DNA of 64,000 nucleotides, taken from the NCBI RefSeq assembly GCF_009914755.1, contig NC_060937.1. The stretch is one strand, 5' to 3'. Both the position numbers and the translations under genes were made by a program. This DNA comes from the human T2T-CHM13v2.0 reference genome, Homo sapiens. The first letter of the stretch is position 1, and every line of letters begins with the position of its first letter. The notes under the pieces were generated by a model. That model was not told the DNA's origin. It ran no database searches and saw nothing but the letters and a program-made list of their open reading frames with translations. This document shows, in pieces, positions 27,344 to 42,569 of the stretch.

Positions 27344-28567
27344 TTATATGTGCTCTATATTATAATTTATATAGTTATACATAATGTGTTATATAAATAT
27401 ATTTGTAATAAATATAATATACATTAAATATATGCATGCAATATATATTTTATATAACAAATGTGTATATATATTAAAAGGAGCATTTAACCAAAAAACT
27501 GATAATTGTTTTGACACTTGGCTGTTTCCTGTGAAGCAAACCAAATAATTACTAGTGTTTAAACTATTGTACTTCAATTAATTTTATATTTTTTGATGAC
27601 ATCTGTAAATTAATTCTTTAGTACAAGATGTAATTTTAAGTGAGTAAATTTCTTTTGGACCATATTTTGACTAGTATTGTGTTATTTTTCTTTTGACTGA
27701 TTTCATTACACCACTTACTTAAGTTTTGACTTTTTTTTTGGTTGCTTATATTTTTAAAGTACATCTTCATGTTTATCCTTCCTTCCAAGTAAACTCGCTG
27801 TTTATTAAAGGTGCTTTAAAATCAGTTTATAATGCTGGGGATTACTCAGTAAATGTTACTGTCTGCCTAGAAATTGGAAATTAGATTAGCTTTTGCATTT
27901 CCTCCATAGTAAATAAAGATACTATCTTGGAGTTTATGACCAAAAATAACCCTAATTAGTATATGAAAGCTGCATGTATCCAGAAACTATGGATATATGA
28001 CATGAACATATCTTGATAAAACTATGAGCGTATATATAAAACTGTGAGCCTATCTTTGTAAAACTTGTCATATTGGTTGACAAAGCTAAATTAAGACATT
28101 AATTAAAAATGTGGGAATATAACTTGAAACCTTTATTAATGGTAGCAGTAAAAGCAATAATAATGAGAAAATGTTTTATAGAAAATTTATTTTTATTTCA
28201 CAGTTTTCTAAGAACCTGCCAACTAATTTCGATGACTAAACATTAACCCACATTCCATTGCATAACCATTCCACAGAAGTTTTTACAAATTGCCGTAAGT
28301 GATTTTCAACAAAGAAACTGGTGAAAGTTGAACTATACGGTATTAAATCATAAAAGGCTTCAATCCCTGATATATGAGTGATACGGAGGAGTGAAGTAAT
28401 TATCTAGGTCACAGGAGAGAGATAACAATTTTAGGTGTGGTGACATAGACATGTCACATGGAAGTCTTTTTTTCTCTTTTTAAAGTGTCTGTTTCCAGCT
28501 TTTGGTGTGGCTGTTGTTGTGATGAGGAAGCCTGAGGCGGCCGTCAGGGGATAGCGTCTCGAGGGCC

Positions 28568-28736
28568 TAGGGCTCAATAAATACAGGTTTAATAAACCCA
28601 TAAAATTACATTTATAAAAATGTTGGCAATGGTAGGTTTTAGTCTTTTCTGCCAAAAATAAGCAAAATTTCAAGAAAATTATTTTCAAATGCATTAAAAT
28701 TCCTATCAGCTTCTGTGAGGTTTATTCTTCATATTT
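28568..28736. repeat. Inverted duplication, copy 2 (partner 25657-25825)
   Basis: The ORF track shows the same peptide FLKFCLFLAEKTKTYHCQHFYKCNFMGLLNLYLLSP on opposite strands. Confidence 0.95.
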
Positions 28737-29210
28737 CTAACATTCCTGGCACAAAGCAGTCATAATACATAATTCCTGAATTAATTAAATTTTATATTAT
28801 ATTACTTTATAAATAGTATAAATAAGATTTTTAGGTAGCATTTTTCTTGCTTTCAAGTATCCTCAAGCACTGAGCAGCACATTAGAGTTTAACCAATATG
28901 TTTAGTTTAACAAGGTGTTTCTGACCATTCAAATTTCCAAAGGATATCGAACAAGCAATATATTTCATATATCATAGCCTTTATTTTTAATACAATAATA
29001 ACATTATGCAATTAAAACTTAAATCTGAATTCTTCACCGAGTCATGTTTTCTTCTTCATAAATACTGCCAAATAGTTGAGTTCCACTCAGACATATTTAA
29101 ACCAAGTTATTCAATCTCCTTAAAAATATTAATTATAAGTGTAGTTATATATATATGTATGTATACTTCCACTAGGTAGAAAAAACATTTTCTATTTTAA
29201 AAAGATTCTT

Positions 29211-29510
<300 letters not shown>

Positions 29511-29656
29511 TTATTTAATAATATCGAAAAAGAAAAATCATATGTGGATCCTGTTACCTGGCATTGTCAATAATAAATGAAACAAACATGAAAATAAAAG
29601 GAATATTCTGTAAAAATACAATTATTTCTAATAATCCATCCTGTAATAAATCTCTA

Positions 29657-29946
29657 TTTTTTTTTTTTTTGAGACAAAGTCTTGCTCTCTTGCTTAGGCT
29701 GAAGTGCAGTGGTATGATCATGGCTCACTGCAGCTTCCACCCTCCAGGCTCAAACAATCTTCCTACCTCAGCCCCCTGGGAGCCTGGGACTACAGGTGTG
29801 CCACCATGCCCAAGAGTTCAAGACCAGCCTGGGCAACACAGCAAGACCTCATGTCTACAAAAACAAAAATAAAAATATATTAGTGATCTTTCTGCCTTAT
29901 ATTCCCAAAGTTCTGGGATTACAGGTGTGATCCATGGCACCTGGCC
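29657..29946 (-). mobile_element. AluJ with an internal inversion of about 70 bp
   Basis: Reverse-strand Alu whose segment at about 29812-29883 reads in the forward orientation. Confidence 0.88.
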
Positions 29947-31889
29947 TCTATTGTGACTTATTAAAAGAAAGTAGACAATCTAACATTCTGAAATGTTATT
30001 TAAAATACCTACTCCTGCTATTTAATAGGGTTCTTTCCAGGCTTTGATAAAAAGATTAATATAAATGTTAGCATAAATGTTCCATTTTAAATTCTTACAA
30101 GATTTATCCTCAATATTTAAAAATACGATTCACATGAAATTACAGCTGCATGCAAAAATTGCTTCCAACTTTTAAGTAAAAGATGTTATCAGATCCAAAA
30201 TTAAATACAGATTCTACCTTGCTATATTTATTCAGTTTCTGCAGAAAACATATAGAAACTGCTAGACTTTATTAAGCAATAGGCAGCTTCAAACTGGCAG
30301 CAGGTCGCTTTCCAACAGAATTTATGGGGTGGATTTTGGCATGTTAGTACAGGATGTCTGGAGATACTAACAAGCAAGACCTAACAAGAACACACAAATC
30401 CCCAGTCCTTTTTCCCAGGGTTTATAATGATCTGATCTAAAGGTATATATTTTTTCTTTTGAAATACAATCTGTAAAGTCCTTTACATAACTACATTGTA
30501 AATGTACTCCAATATAACCTTTCATAGGTGTTAGATTCCTCTGTCTAATCCCAAGCTACTATTTCAAATTTAAAAATTAAGTACTCTCTGGGAAAAATGT
30601 AAACATGAATATATAAATGCTTTCCCTAGTTAAATATATGACTACTCTTTCATCTGCTTCTGATTCTTCAGTTAGAGAAGGTAGAGATTCTATGTAACTG
30701 ATCAGAAAGATCAAAATATCTGGTTTTCCCTCCCTCCCATCCTATCTTTCCAACTACACAGCTCAATGAGAACTGGAGAACCTTCATCCACCATCCTCTA
30801 AATAAGTCGATGAATTAACCCTCACACTCCACTGCCTCTGTAAAACATGCATGTTCCATGTGCCCACAGCCCGCTGGCTATGGATAGCTAGGGGCCCCCA
30901 CTCCGTACACCTAGATATCTCTGTCCTGAATTGAACCCTATGGTTATAAGTCAACTGTGTTTGTCCCCAGTCCTATTTGTGCTTACTATACAACGATTAT
31001 AATTATATTTATGTAATTAAATATATGTAAGCTAATAAAATTGGAGTTTAAAAAAAAAGTCTTACAGGACACAAAACAAAAAATTAACCAAGCCAAGTGC
31101 CGTGGGACAGGTCTATAGTCCCAGCTGCCTGGGAGACTGAGGCAGGAGGATCCCTTGAGCCTAGGAGTTCAAGTCCAGCCTGCGAACATAAATAGAATTT
31201 TTAAAATATATACTTTTTTTAATTCACTAAAATGAGAAATCGTCAAATCAAGTGCAGACAAAACAATCATAAAATAAAATGAGGAAAAATGATAAAACTT
31301 TAGGATGACTTTGAACTCTAACCAATTCACAAGTATCTTTACATTCTCACTAACACTAAAGGTACTTTTAAGGTATGATATAGTCAAAAAACCGAAGAGT
31401 CTCCACTGTCACTAATGCACCCATATGTAAAGACACAGCCTTGATGTGGACCTACCCCAAAAGCCTAGCAAAAGGTTAGCTTAAAATGTTTAGGAAATGT
31501 ATCCTTTCTGATACCCTGCTTTAACAAAAATATTAACCAATCAACTGCCTAACTCAAGAAGCAAAAGGACTTCTCTTCTAATGCATATATATAATACATA
31601 TATAAATATTAATCTGCTACTCATATAGGCTTTTTTTTTTTCCTGGGGACAGGGTCCCACTATGTTGCCCAGGCTGGCCTCACACTCTTGAGCTCAAACC
31701 ATCCTCCTACCTCAGCCCAGTAGCTAGGATTATAGGCATGCACCACTCCCAGCTCTCACATAGGCTTAGTGTCCAATATAAACCATGTGGATTAGACCAA
31801 AACAAACAAAGAAAGCCATAATATCTATAAATAAATCTGGTTCACTACAAAGTGCTGAGCTAACAGAAACCTGAGCATCCAAAGACCTC

Positions 31890-32870
31890 AGGTGTTTGGG
31901 ATAAGCAATGATTTCCTAGAAAGGATACAAAAGCACTAATATAATAGAAGACTGATAAATTGTATTTCATTAAGAGCTTCTATTTCTCAAAAGAGAATGA
32001 AAATGGAAGCAACAAACTAGAAGAATGGATTTGCAATACATATCTGAAAAAGGACACATATCCAGAATATTTAAAGAACTTCTACAAATCATAAGACAAT
32101 TTTTTTAATGGGCAAAAGATCTGAACAAGCACTTCACAAAAGATAACATCCAAATGGCCAATGCATATGAAAAGGTGCTTAGCACATCATTAGTCATCTG
32201 CAAAATGCAAATTCAAACCTCCATGAGATACAAATACATTCCCTACAAGAATGGCTAAAATGAAAGAACTTACAATATTACATACTAAGAAGAATGTAGA
32301 GCTATTAGAACTGTCACACATTGCTGGTGGGAGTAGAAACTGGTCCAACACTCTGGAAACCTGGCAGTATCTAGTAAGCCCAAACCAATGCTATCCAAAG
32401 ACCTAGCAATTCCTCTCCTAGGCATATATGCAATAGAAATGATAGCCTACGTCCACCAAAAGACATACACAAAAATGTCCATAACACCTTTATTCATATT
32501 AATCACAAGTTTGTAACAATACAAAGCCCATCAGCAGTAAATGGAGAACTAAATTGCAGTATACATACTACAAGAATAAAAAAGGGCAAGTTTCTGCTGT
32601 ATGCAACACCAGGAATATACCTTTCAGACACAATGTTGAGTAAAAGAGGTCAGACATAAAAGAGTGCATACTGTATGATTCTATTTATATAAAGTTCAGG
32701 CACAAGCAAAAGTCATCTATGATGACAGAAATCAGGATAATGATTTCTAAGGGGGAATGGGTATCAACTGGAAGAGGGTACAAGAAAGCACTGAGTGCTG
32801 GAAATATTCTACATTTTAATATGGATGTCGGTGACATGGGATATATATTATACATCAATTTAAGATTTTA
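31890..32870 (+). mobile_element. L1ME/L1MC-type old LINE-1 3' part
   Basis: atgggcaaaagatctgaacaagcacttcacaaaaga...atactgtatgattctatttatat. Confidence 0.8.
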
Positions 32871-32920
32871 TTAACTAATTAAATGGTTTATGTATTAATT
32901 AATACTGACAGACCTTAGGG

Positions 32921-33137
32921 CCAGGGTCCTCTATTGATACTTTTGCCCAGATCATTCTTTGTTTGTAGGAGGCTGTCCTGTGCACTGTAGAATATTTAGC
33001 ATTATCCCTGACCTCTCCACTCATTAGACACCTATAGTGCCCACATGAACAGCCTGACAACCAAAAGTGTCTCCATGTCTCCAGATATTGCTAAATGTCC
33101 ACTGGGGAATAAAATCACCTGGAGTTGAGAACCCCTG
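32921..33137 (+). mobile_element. MER20 (hAT-Charlie)
   Basis: ggctgtcctgtgcactgtagaatatttagc...gttgagaacccctg. Confidence 0.85.
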
Positions 33138-33450
33138 TATTAAACTACTGGTAGAAATGGGAGAATACAGTAAACCTTCCTTTGTAACCTCTCAAAGTAG
33201 GAACCGGAGTACAATCAAGACCATGACTTAGAAATTAAGCACTATAATCCTTGACCTACAAGAAGGACTTAAAAGTCTTTCACTTGACACAGGCAATATT
33301 TATCCCAAACTGCCTAATCACAAGAAGTACCTAGGATGCTTATGAACATGAATTCCTAGGTGCTTGCTCTAGAGATTTAGTTTCTATAAGTCTGTGGTAA
33401 GGCTTAGAAATCTCTGTTGTCCAACAAGCACCTCAGGTGATTTTTATCAA

Positions 33451-34230
33451 TGAAGCGAGCGTTCCCTAACCCTCTCATGGGTCTTACAACAGGGGTGTGA
33501 CTCCTCTGCTAGGTCAGCCCTGTTGCTCGCACAAACCCCTTATGGAATGGGGAGCATGCAGATGGGCAGGTGCAGGAGCCAGGGTAAGCGCTTTTGGTCT
33601 CTGGCCGCATAGTAGCATCTAGGGGTGTTACAATTAATGCCCTTTTAAGTAGTTGCCGTTCATGGATGGCTAAGTGTTAAACCAGCCCAGTGGAGAGTTG
33701 GGGTGACAGCCTTTTACACCCTCTCCTCTTGGTACCCGGGTCCTTGTCTGGCATCCAGGAGGAATCAGGTCACTCAGACTTGAAGGATGGTGAATGTGAG
33801 GATTTTATTGAGTGGTGCAGGTGGATCTCTGCAGGATGGATGGGGAGCTGGAAAGAGGATGGAGTGGGAAGATGGTCTTCCCCTGGAGTTCGGCTGTCCC
33901 CTGGCCAATCTCTTCTCCAACCACCCCCAGCCGAACTCTCAACGTTCAGATGCTCCCTTTCTTTTCTCCTTCTCTGCTGCACAGCTCTGCCACTCTGCTG
34001 CTCTTCTGCTCCTCTTTTTCTCTACTCGTGACTCGCGGAGCTTAGGGTTTATATGGGCTCGAGGTAGGGATGTGGCAAGCCACAGTGGCCTTGGAAAAAG
34101 CAACATGTGGGCGCAAAAACAGGAATGCCTGTTCCCATTTAAGGCCATGGGTTTCTAGGCTTGAGGATTGGGCCTTTGATGGGGAACCGCCCTCTTTTAC
34201 CTAGTATTTCCCTGCATCCTATCTGTATCA
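33451..34230 (-). mobile_element. ERV1 solo LTR of the LTR1/LTR28/MER52 group, inserted in a MER5-like element
   Basis: Minus strand starts tgatacagataggatgcagggaaatactaggtaaaagagggcgg. TG...CA ends. AATAAA on the minus strand at 33804-33809. Confidence 0.8.
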
Positions 34231-35491
34231 TAAACAAGCAAGTGTTAAAACAGTACTCTAAGACAACTCTATTTAATGTATACCCCTTAGGTAGAAAACC
34301 TTTTAACTATATTGCATGACAAAAATCCTAAACATTTCTACAAGTATAATTTTTTAACAGTTTTTTTTAAATCTCATGCTTTTAAAAAATAAAAGTCTAC
34401 TAAAACTGAACTACTAGACATAGGAGTTAGCTAATATTGTGAGAAAGGCAAGTCAAGCCAGTGGCTATGTGCTCTCCTGGGGGCCTATGAAACTGATACT
34501 GTCTCTGCTTGGCCTTCCCTTTCAGACCTAGGGCCTTAGAAAGAGAAAGCACTAGGTAAATGTAAACTGGGACCTTGTTTCACACATCCTTTCTGCCATT
34601 CTTTTGCCTCAAGAGTCTCCCTCCTTACCTCCTCCACTACTCTCTCTTGTCGCAATCTGGCTCTACTGCAATTCCCCATTCTCCCCCTTAACCTAATTAC
34701 CAGCTCACTCGTTGGCACACCTGCTTCCGCCAGCAAGCCCTGGGCTGGTCACACGCTGATCCGCTCCAGTCCTGGCAGGAAGGAGAGCATGTTTTTTACC
34801 AGCCTAGGGCAAGCAATGCCTTAGCTTCAAGGTCGTTCTTTTCACTAGTTCTTTGTGTTTTGTTCTCAACTGCTCTTCAAACTTCCCTGCCTTTCCCTTC
34901 CCCACAACACTGACCCCATACTGTTCATTCTCAATTTCCTGTTGACATATTCCTTGCCTAATACCTAACCTTTATCTTCTTTAGCTGTGTTTCTGATTGA
35001 TTGTGTGGCTTCAGTTTGTATGGCTCCCTCATAAATGTGTGTTTTTATGCTTGGCCACCACTACTTATTAATAACAACTATATTTTCTTACTGTCATTCT
35101 AATGACATTCTACTGGCTTGACTTGCCTTTCTCACAATATTAGCTAACTCCTATGTCTAGCAGTTCAGTTTTAGTAGACTTTTATTTTATTTTTTAAAAT
35201 AAAACCTCTTTTACCTAGCTCTCTATTAAGGACCTATATGCTTTCTCTGTGTTCTTTTTCCCAAAACAGTGGTAGGACCATTCACTGTCTTTAATTATTT
35301 AACATTTTCCCTGTGTGTTCTTTTTCTTCCAAACACAATATGAACCTTTTAGTGTCTAGGTCAATCCTTATACTTCTTATAACCCTGGACACATAGCACA
35401 GTCCTACTCAGAAAGGAAAGACTTGAAAACAACAACAAAAACATATATTTTGTTAAAATTATTTCAACAAAGCATATAAATAATACATATT

Positions 35492-35901
<410 letters not shown>

Positions 35902-36178
35902 TCAACAATAAAAATACTCTGTAACTGCCTCAATAAAGCCATAAACAGGGAAGCACAAAGGAAGGAACAACTTTCATCTGGAGGATGGGGATTGATATCA
36001 AGAAGACTACAGCAAAGGAAGTGACTTGTGAATAGGGTTTGTAAAGATCAGGAAACCAGGTGAACAAGAGGGCATTCCCAACAAAAAGACCAATGTGTGT
36101 AGAGAGAGATGTGGAAGGCCAGGTGGGCACGAGGAATGATGAGAAGTTCAGAGAGCTGGAAAGCAGAGATGGAGTTCA

Positions 36179-36609
<431 letters not shown>

Positions 36610-39600
36610 TTATTCCTTCAATGACAATAATCTTACAGACTGGATACTAGCAGTATACAAGATTAGGCTGTACCCATTCAGACATAAAAATGTGTTTCCA
36701 TAAATAGCCAATGTAGTTTTTCATTATCATCTTCCATACCATCATTATCACTGAAGCCACTCGCTTACAAAAGAGTGAATCTAACTATTCTGCTATATAT
36801 TTGGGAGCCACTGAATGTCTGCAAAGCAATCAGAGCTCAAATTCAGTTGAGCCACTTTTTAAGCTATTTTTTCTTACATCTTAGAATCTACAATACACAA
36901 TGGCATGAAACAAATGCAAGTAAGGGCTTAAGAGAAAAAAGATGTAAAGACCATCTGTATTTATTTGTTCCTCAACTCATTGAGAAAGGACTTCAAGTAA
37001 AGGACTATCTGTGGATTTCAATGATCATATGCTCTCCAGATCCCATTTCCATATATAATGGAGCCATAAATTTCTTTAATACTACAGCCTCAAAAAATTA
37101 CTAAGTGCTATAAACTTTCTAGCTGTACCAAAATTCTCTTTCAAAGTACTATGATTATATTTCTAAGGAATGTGGAAATCACCATGAAGCCACTGAAAGC
37201 AATGTTTAACTTGATTCAACCTGTAAATGTCATATTCTTTATAGAAATGTAAGAATGACAGAAAAAGCACTATCATTAAAATTTCCTAATCATTGAGTTC
37301 TTCATTTCCTACATACAGGTAGCTACACTGACTTTTAAGTCTCTAACAGATTGAGACATTTTGTTAAAGAATGAAAACCTGCAGAAGGCTTAAATGTTAC
37401 TTATTTATCAATTTTCCCTTGAAACACTCTTCAACCAGGCCCTGAAACTTCCACATTTCTTGAAACCAATTGCAGATCTCATGTCGGAGAATACCGAGTG
37501 CCCCAACAATGTGTACTATCTCTACAGCTTCACTTCATAATTAACATGAGCTTAGGCTACTACCAGTGTTTATCTGTTATGCTGAAATCACTTAAACCTC
37601 TTATTCCCAGTTGTCAACCTGCTAATCTTACACTTGATTAGCCTCAACCAATATTTGCTAATGGTCACAGTGTGGTGATGACAATGTTGGTAACAAGTAT
37701 GATTAAAACACTGTGACAACTACAAAATTCTCATGGCTCTCACTGCCTAATCCATAACCAAGAATTACCCTCTAAAAATCCTATGCCATCACCATTATTA
37801 TATTATTATTATTATTTTTATTAGTCTCAGATCAACTATATACATGAAGGGCAGTTCAATTACGGAAACAGCAAATGGACCAGAGGAACAGATGCAAATG
37901 TGTCCGAGCTGTCCAACGTTCTAAGCCTCACCCCACATCTACAGACCTAAAGTTTAATATGATACCTAGGGTAACTACCAAATTGTACATTACCTCAAAA
38001 AATAGATAAGCAAAGAGAAGAATGTTATATTTATAACTTGCTTGCTTTCTGGGGAAGTCAAGTCAGAACTTTATCTCTTACTAGGTAGAAGAGTTAAAAT
38101 ATTGCCTTTTTCCAGGACTAAATGTTCTTCCAGCACTCACAAACCTCTGAGGGTGGAGGGTAGAGGGAAAAAGGAAAAAAAAAAAAAGATTTGACAAAGC
38201 AGAGCTAAATTGTACCCTCCCCTGCCCCCCATCCCTACACCAATGCCTACAGCATCATTTTCCAAAGCTGAGAGAATCATTACCACCTTGGGCAAATTGG
38301 TTTGCTGACAATGTAGCCCAAATGACTATAAATAAAGTCTTAATTACATTAATTAGAGTAATGTCTTCCTGTAGATCACCTCATTATTTGGGGACCCTGT
38401 CTGGGCCTTGGAGCCACGACCCTCCTTGGCTCATCACCATCACAGATCATCCCACCTCCCCGCTGCTTGTAACACCGCTCATAATTATGCTTCAGTGTGT
38501 CCTAGACTCATTTCCTCTTACCATCTGACAACAGATTTCATCTATTGGTATTATCTAGCTTCAGCAAAGCATGGGTAATAATGTCCTTGCAATGACTGTA
38601 GAACACAACCTTATGATTACAGGCTGATCTACCACCTGACTTTCCAGGAAACTGCCAAACTATTGATACGTAAAGTGATATTTTAACTGCTGTTTAAGTG
38701 ACAGATGTTCTAATAACCATCAGTCAAACACCCAAGCATTTGGTAACTGTTAACGCACTCACAGTATTGCCAATATTCCTGCAGAGATCGAGTTTTCACT
38801 AACACTATAGAAAAAAAAAAGTCATAACAATCTCACCAGAGGTGGTGTCAAGAAGCAGTAGTGTAATGATGTTACTCATGTGTTTTAACAAGACTGTACT
38901 GTGGCAAATCCTAAGGCTCTTGGTGTTTCCTGAGCTTAAGTGGAATTGATTCCTGGAGTCATAATTAAAAAAACCTGTATAGGAAGGGGCCTTGGGTCCC
39001 CTAATGCACTGGTTCTCCAAATTAAGGCTGCACAAAAGTGCTAAGCTGACTCCATCCCAATGGCCCATTTTTAAACAGAGATTCCCAGGGCCCACACTGG
39101 AGATTCTGATTCTACATCTCTACAGAAGGACCCAAGAATCTAGTAGACATGTACACATTTGTTAACTCCCCATGAAGTTCTTATGTGCAATCAAATTGAA
39201 AAACACTGATATATCACCCTTCCTACCTGCCCCCAATAAGATTTTGATTTCATCAACCTCAGTATTGGTGAAAGTGATTGCCAATTCTTTAGAAATCACA
39301 ATTACTGATATTAAGATGTGATATGTCTGAGGTATCTTAGGTCAGAAAAAGAAAAAGCTTGCAAACCACTGTTAACATCAGCTCATCTTATTATAGAAAT
39401 AAGAACTCCTGATTTACCCCTAAAACCTGTTTCTCCCACATTCCCCCAACCAGCCTTCCTCATATTGGTAAATGGTCCCAAATCTACCCATTAGTAAAAA
39501 AATCAGCAAATCTAAAGTTATCCTGAATTGTTCACCTCCACAAGTGGCCTTCTGTGACCCATCTCTTTCTTTTGGCTACAAGTAACAGAAAAACCAACTC

Positions 39601-39809
39601 AACTCATGTAAACTGAAAAAGTACCACCGGTAGTAGTAATCAGGTTTATTTCTGTCAGAATTCAGGTACAGTTTTTCCCAGATGTCCAAACAATGCCCTC
39701 CTCAGTATGTTAACTTCATCATCTTTCTGGTAGTGAAATAATTATAACAGTTCCAGTTTCTAAATCCACATGCAACAACCAATTAGAAAACTTTCTCAGA
39801 GCCCCTGGC

Positions 39810-40308
39810 TGTTGGGAACAGGCTCCCAAATGTGGCCATAAACTGGCCCCAAAACTGGCCATAAACAAAATCTCTGCAGCACTGTGACATGTTCGTGATG
39901 GCCATGACGCCCACGCTGAAGGTTGTGGGTTTACCGGAACGAGGGCAAGGAACACTTGGCCCATGCTGGGTGGAAAACCACTTAAGGCATTCCTAAGCCA
40001 CAAACATGAGCATGAGCAATCTGTGCCTTAAGGACATGCTCCTGCTGCAGATAACTAGCCAGAGCCCATCCCTTTGTTTCAGCCCATCCCTTTGTTTCCT
40101 GTTTTAGTTAATCTGTGATCTATAGAAACAATGCTTATCACTGGCTTACTGTCAATAAATATGTGGGTAAAACTCTGTTCAGGGCTCTCAGCTCTGAAGG
40201 CTGTCAGCCCCCTGATTTCCCACTCCACACTCTGTATTTCTGGGTGTGTGTCTTTAATTCCTCTAGCACCACTGGGTTAGGGTCTTCACAACCGGGCTGG
40301 TCTCGGCA
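39810..40308 (+). mobile_element. MER9a solo LTR (HERV-K HML-3)
   Basis: tgttgggaacagg...ggccataaactggccccaaaactggccataaacaaaatctctgcagc...ggtctcggca. Perfect 6-bp TSD cctggc. Confidence 0.9.
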
Positions 40309-40629
40309 CCTGGCAAATGCCCTTGATCTTGCATTGGCACAAACTGAGACACATTTCCTGGAACCACTGTATGTCCAGGGACAAACTTACAAACTGGCTT
40401 GGGCCTGGATTCCTGGGCAAATCTTTCCTGTAGCCTACTGGCTGAGAGACAGAAGGAGAAATGACTGAATAAAAACAAGATTTTGTTAGGGAAACAGAAC
40501 TGAAGAAACTACCTACTACAAAACCCAATCTAGAGTAAGTTTCCTCTTTTTTTTCCTCATAACATTACCTTCTTTTCCTTCATAGCCTTCATCACAATTT
40601 GAAATTGAAAATTTGTAGTTATGTTGCTA

Positions 40630-41060
40630 ACATCTACACAGTACTTACCATATGGTACTGTTCTGAGTGCTTTATACAAATGAATTCACTCACTCCTCGC
40701 AACAGCCTTATGAAATCTGCACATTTTGCCATCCCCATATTATAAATGAGGACATACAAGTACAGACAGGTGCCAGAACTTGCGCAGGGCCGTAAGTGGT
40801 GGAGCCTGGAGTCCCAGCAGTCGGATTCCAGAGTCCAGGAACTCTGCTATCAACTAATGCTGTTTTTCACTTAGTTTTGTCCCACTCCTCTGCAAAATTT
40901 TAAGATACATGAAGCAGTGAATGCATTTGCTTTATACAACACTCTATACCAAGATCCAACACAGTACCAGGCACACTGGAGGCATTCAGTTTACAACATA
41001 ACTGAACAAATGAAGGAATGGTTGAGGGAATGAGCAAGTGAATGAATGAATGAATGAATG
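40630..41060. mobile_element. MIR plus L2 3' end with (GAAT)n
   Basis: atccccatattataaatgagg...gtaagtggtggagcc and a gaatgaatgaatg tail. Confidence 0.65.
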
Positions 41061-41200
41061 AGGTAATGAACAAAGGAACAGCTAGAAAATCATAATCCAG
41101 ATCAAATGACTTTTCATGTCACATGACTAATTACAGAAGGGTGGAGAGCGGAGCTTCAATTTCCTGGTTCCAGTCTGGCTTCTCAAACTGGAGGTCCCTG

Positions 41201-41798
41201 TGCAAAGCAAAAATAGAACTCTAAGCCCCTACAACCATGTGAATGGACCCTCCTCTCAGCAAAGGGCATTCCAAAGTTAACCTGAAAACCAATTCATGCC
41301 ATGATTGGGTTGGGGGGCAGGCACACCTCATTATACCTTCCTCCCTTTTGTAATTACTGATAGAACAGACTCTTTAAGTCTGACAAGAAACATTTAAAAT
41401 CTATTCCCTCTGAAGCCTACTACCTAGAGATTTTACCTGCATGATACAACCTCGGTCTCCACAACCCCTTATCTTAACCCACACATTCCTTTCCATTGAT
41501 TCTAAGTCTTTAGAAAATAACTCTTTCAACCAGTTGCCAAGCAGAAAATCTTTTAATCTACCTGTGACCTGGAAGCCCCCACTTCTACATGTCCTGTTTT
41601 TCCAGACTGAACCAACGTACATCTCACCTGTATCGACTGATGTCTCATGTCTCCCTAAAACCAAGTTGTGGCCTCACCATCTTGGGCATATGTTTTCAGG
41701 ATCATCTGAGAGCTGTGTCAGAGGCCGTTGGTCACTCCTATTTGTCTCAGAATAAATCTCTTCAAATACCTAGTAGACTTTGACTCTTTCCATCAACA
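41201..41798 (+). mobile_element. MER4-family solo LTR (ERV1)
   Basis: ggtctccacaaccccttatcttaaccc, gacctggaagcccc, cagaataaatctcttcaaata...caaca. Confidence 0.85.
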
Positions 41799-42222
41799 CC
41801 TATTCCACAGGGTCACACTTGCGTAGTCAATAATAAGTGGTCTTTTCTCCTTTGCAAAGCCACCAAATGGCAAATGAAAACTTAGCAGAAGTTAGTTACT
41901 TCTTTTAAGACCGATTACAGTGAACATGTTCAAAACAGAGAACGATGTGAGAAGGATGGGATTTTCCTGCATTTACTCCATCCGCACTAGAAAAATGAAC
42001 ATTTTGTTCATTGACAGCATGAGTCTAAAGCAGAAAATATACATAAAACCCTATGCACTATCAGGTACTGAGGATATTTAACAATAATTTTTTAAATCAA
42101 CAATTTTCTAATAATCAGTTCAAAGTCTCCACTTGAATTATGAAGATCTAAATATATGCAAAGCATTTGTTGTAATTCTCTTTCACGGTAGTAGCGTGGC
42201 TTTTAAAAATATATCATCTGAT

Positions 42223-42569
<347 letters not shown>

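Noticed and set aside
28440-28457. 7-bp-stem hairpin gtgacat-agac-atgtcac near the inverted-duplication junction
   Set aside because: Too short to exceed chance and about 110 bp from the junction.
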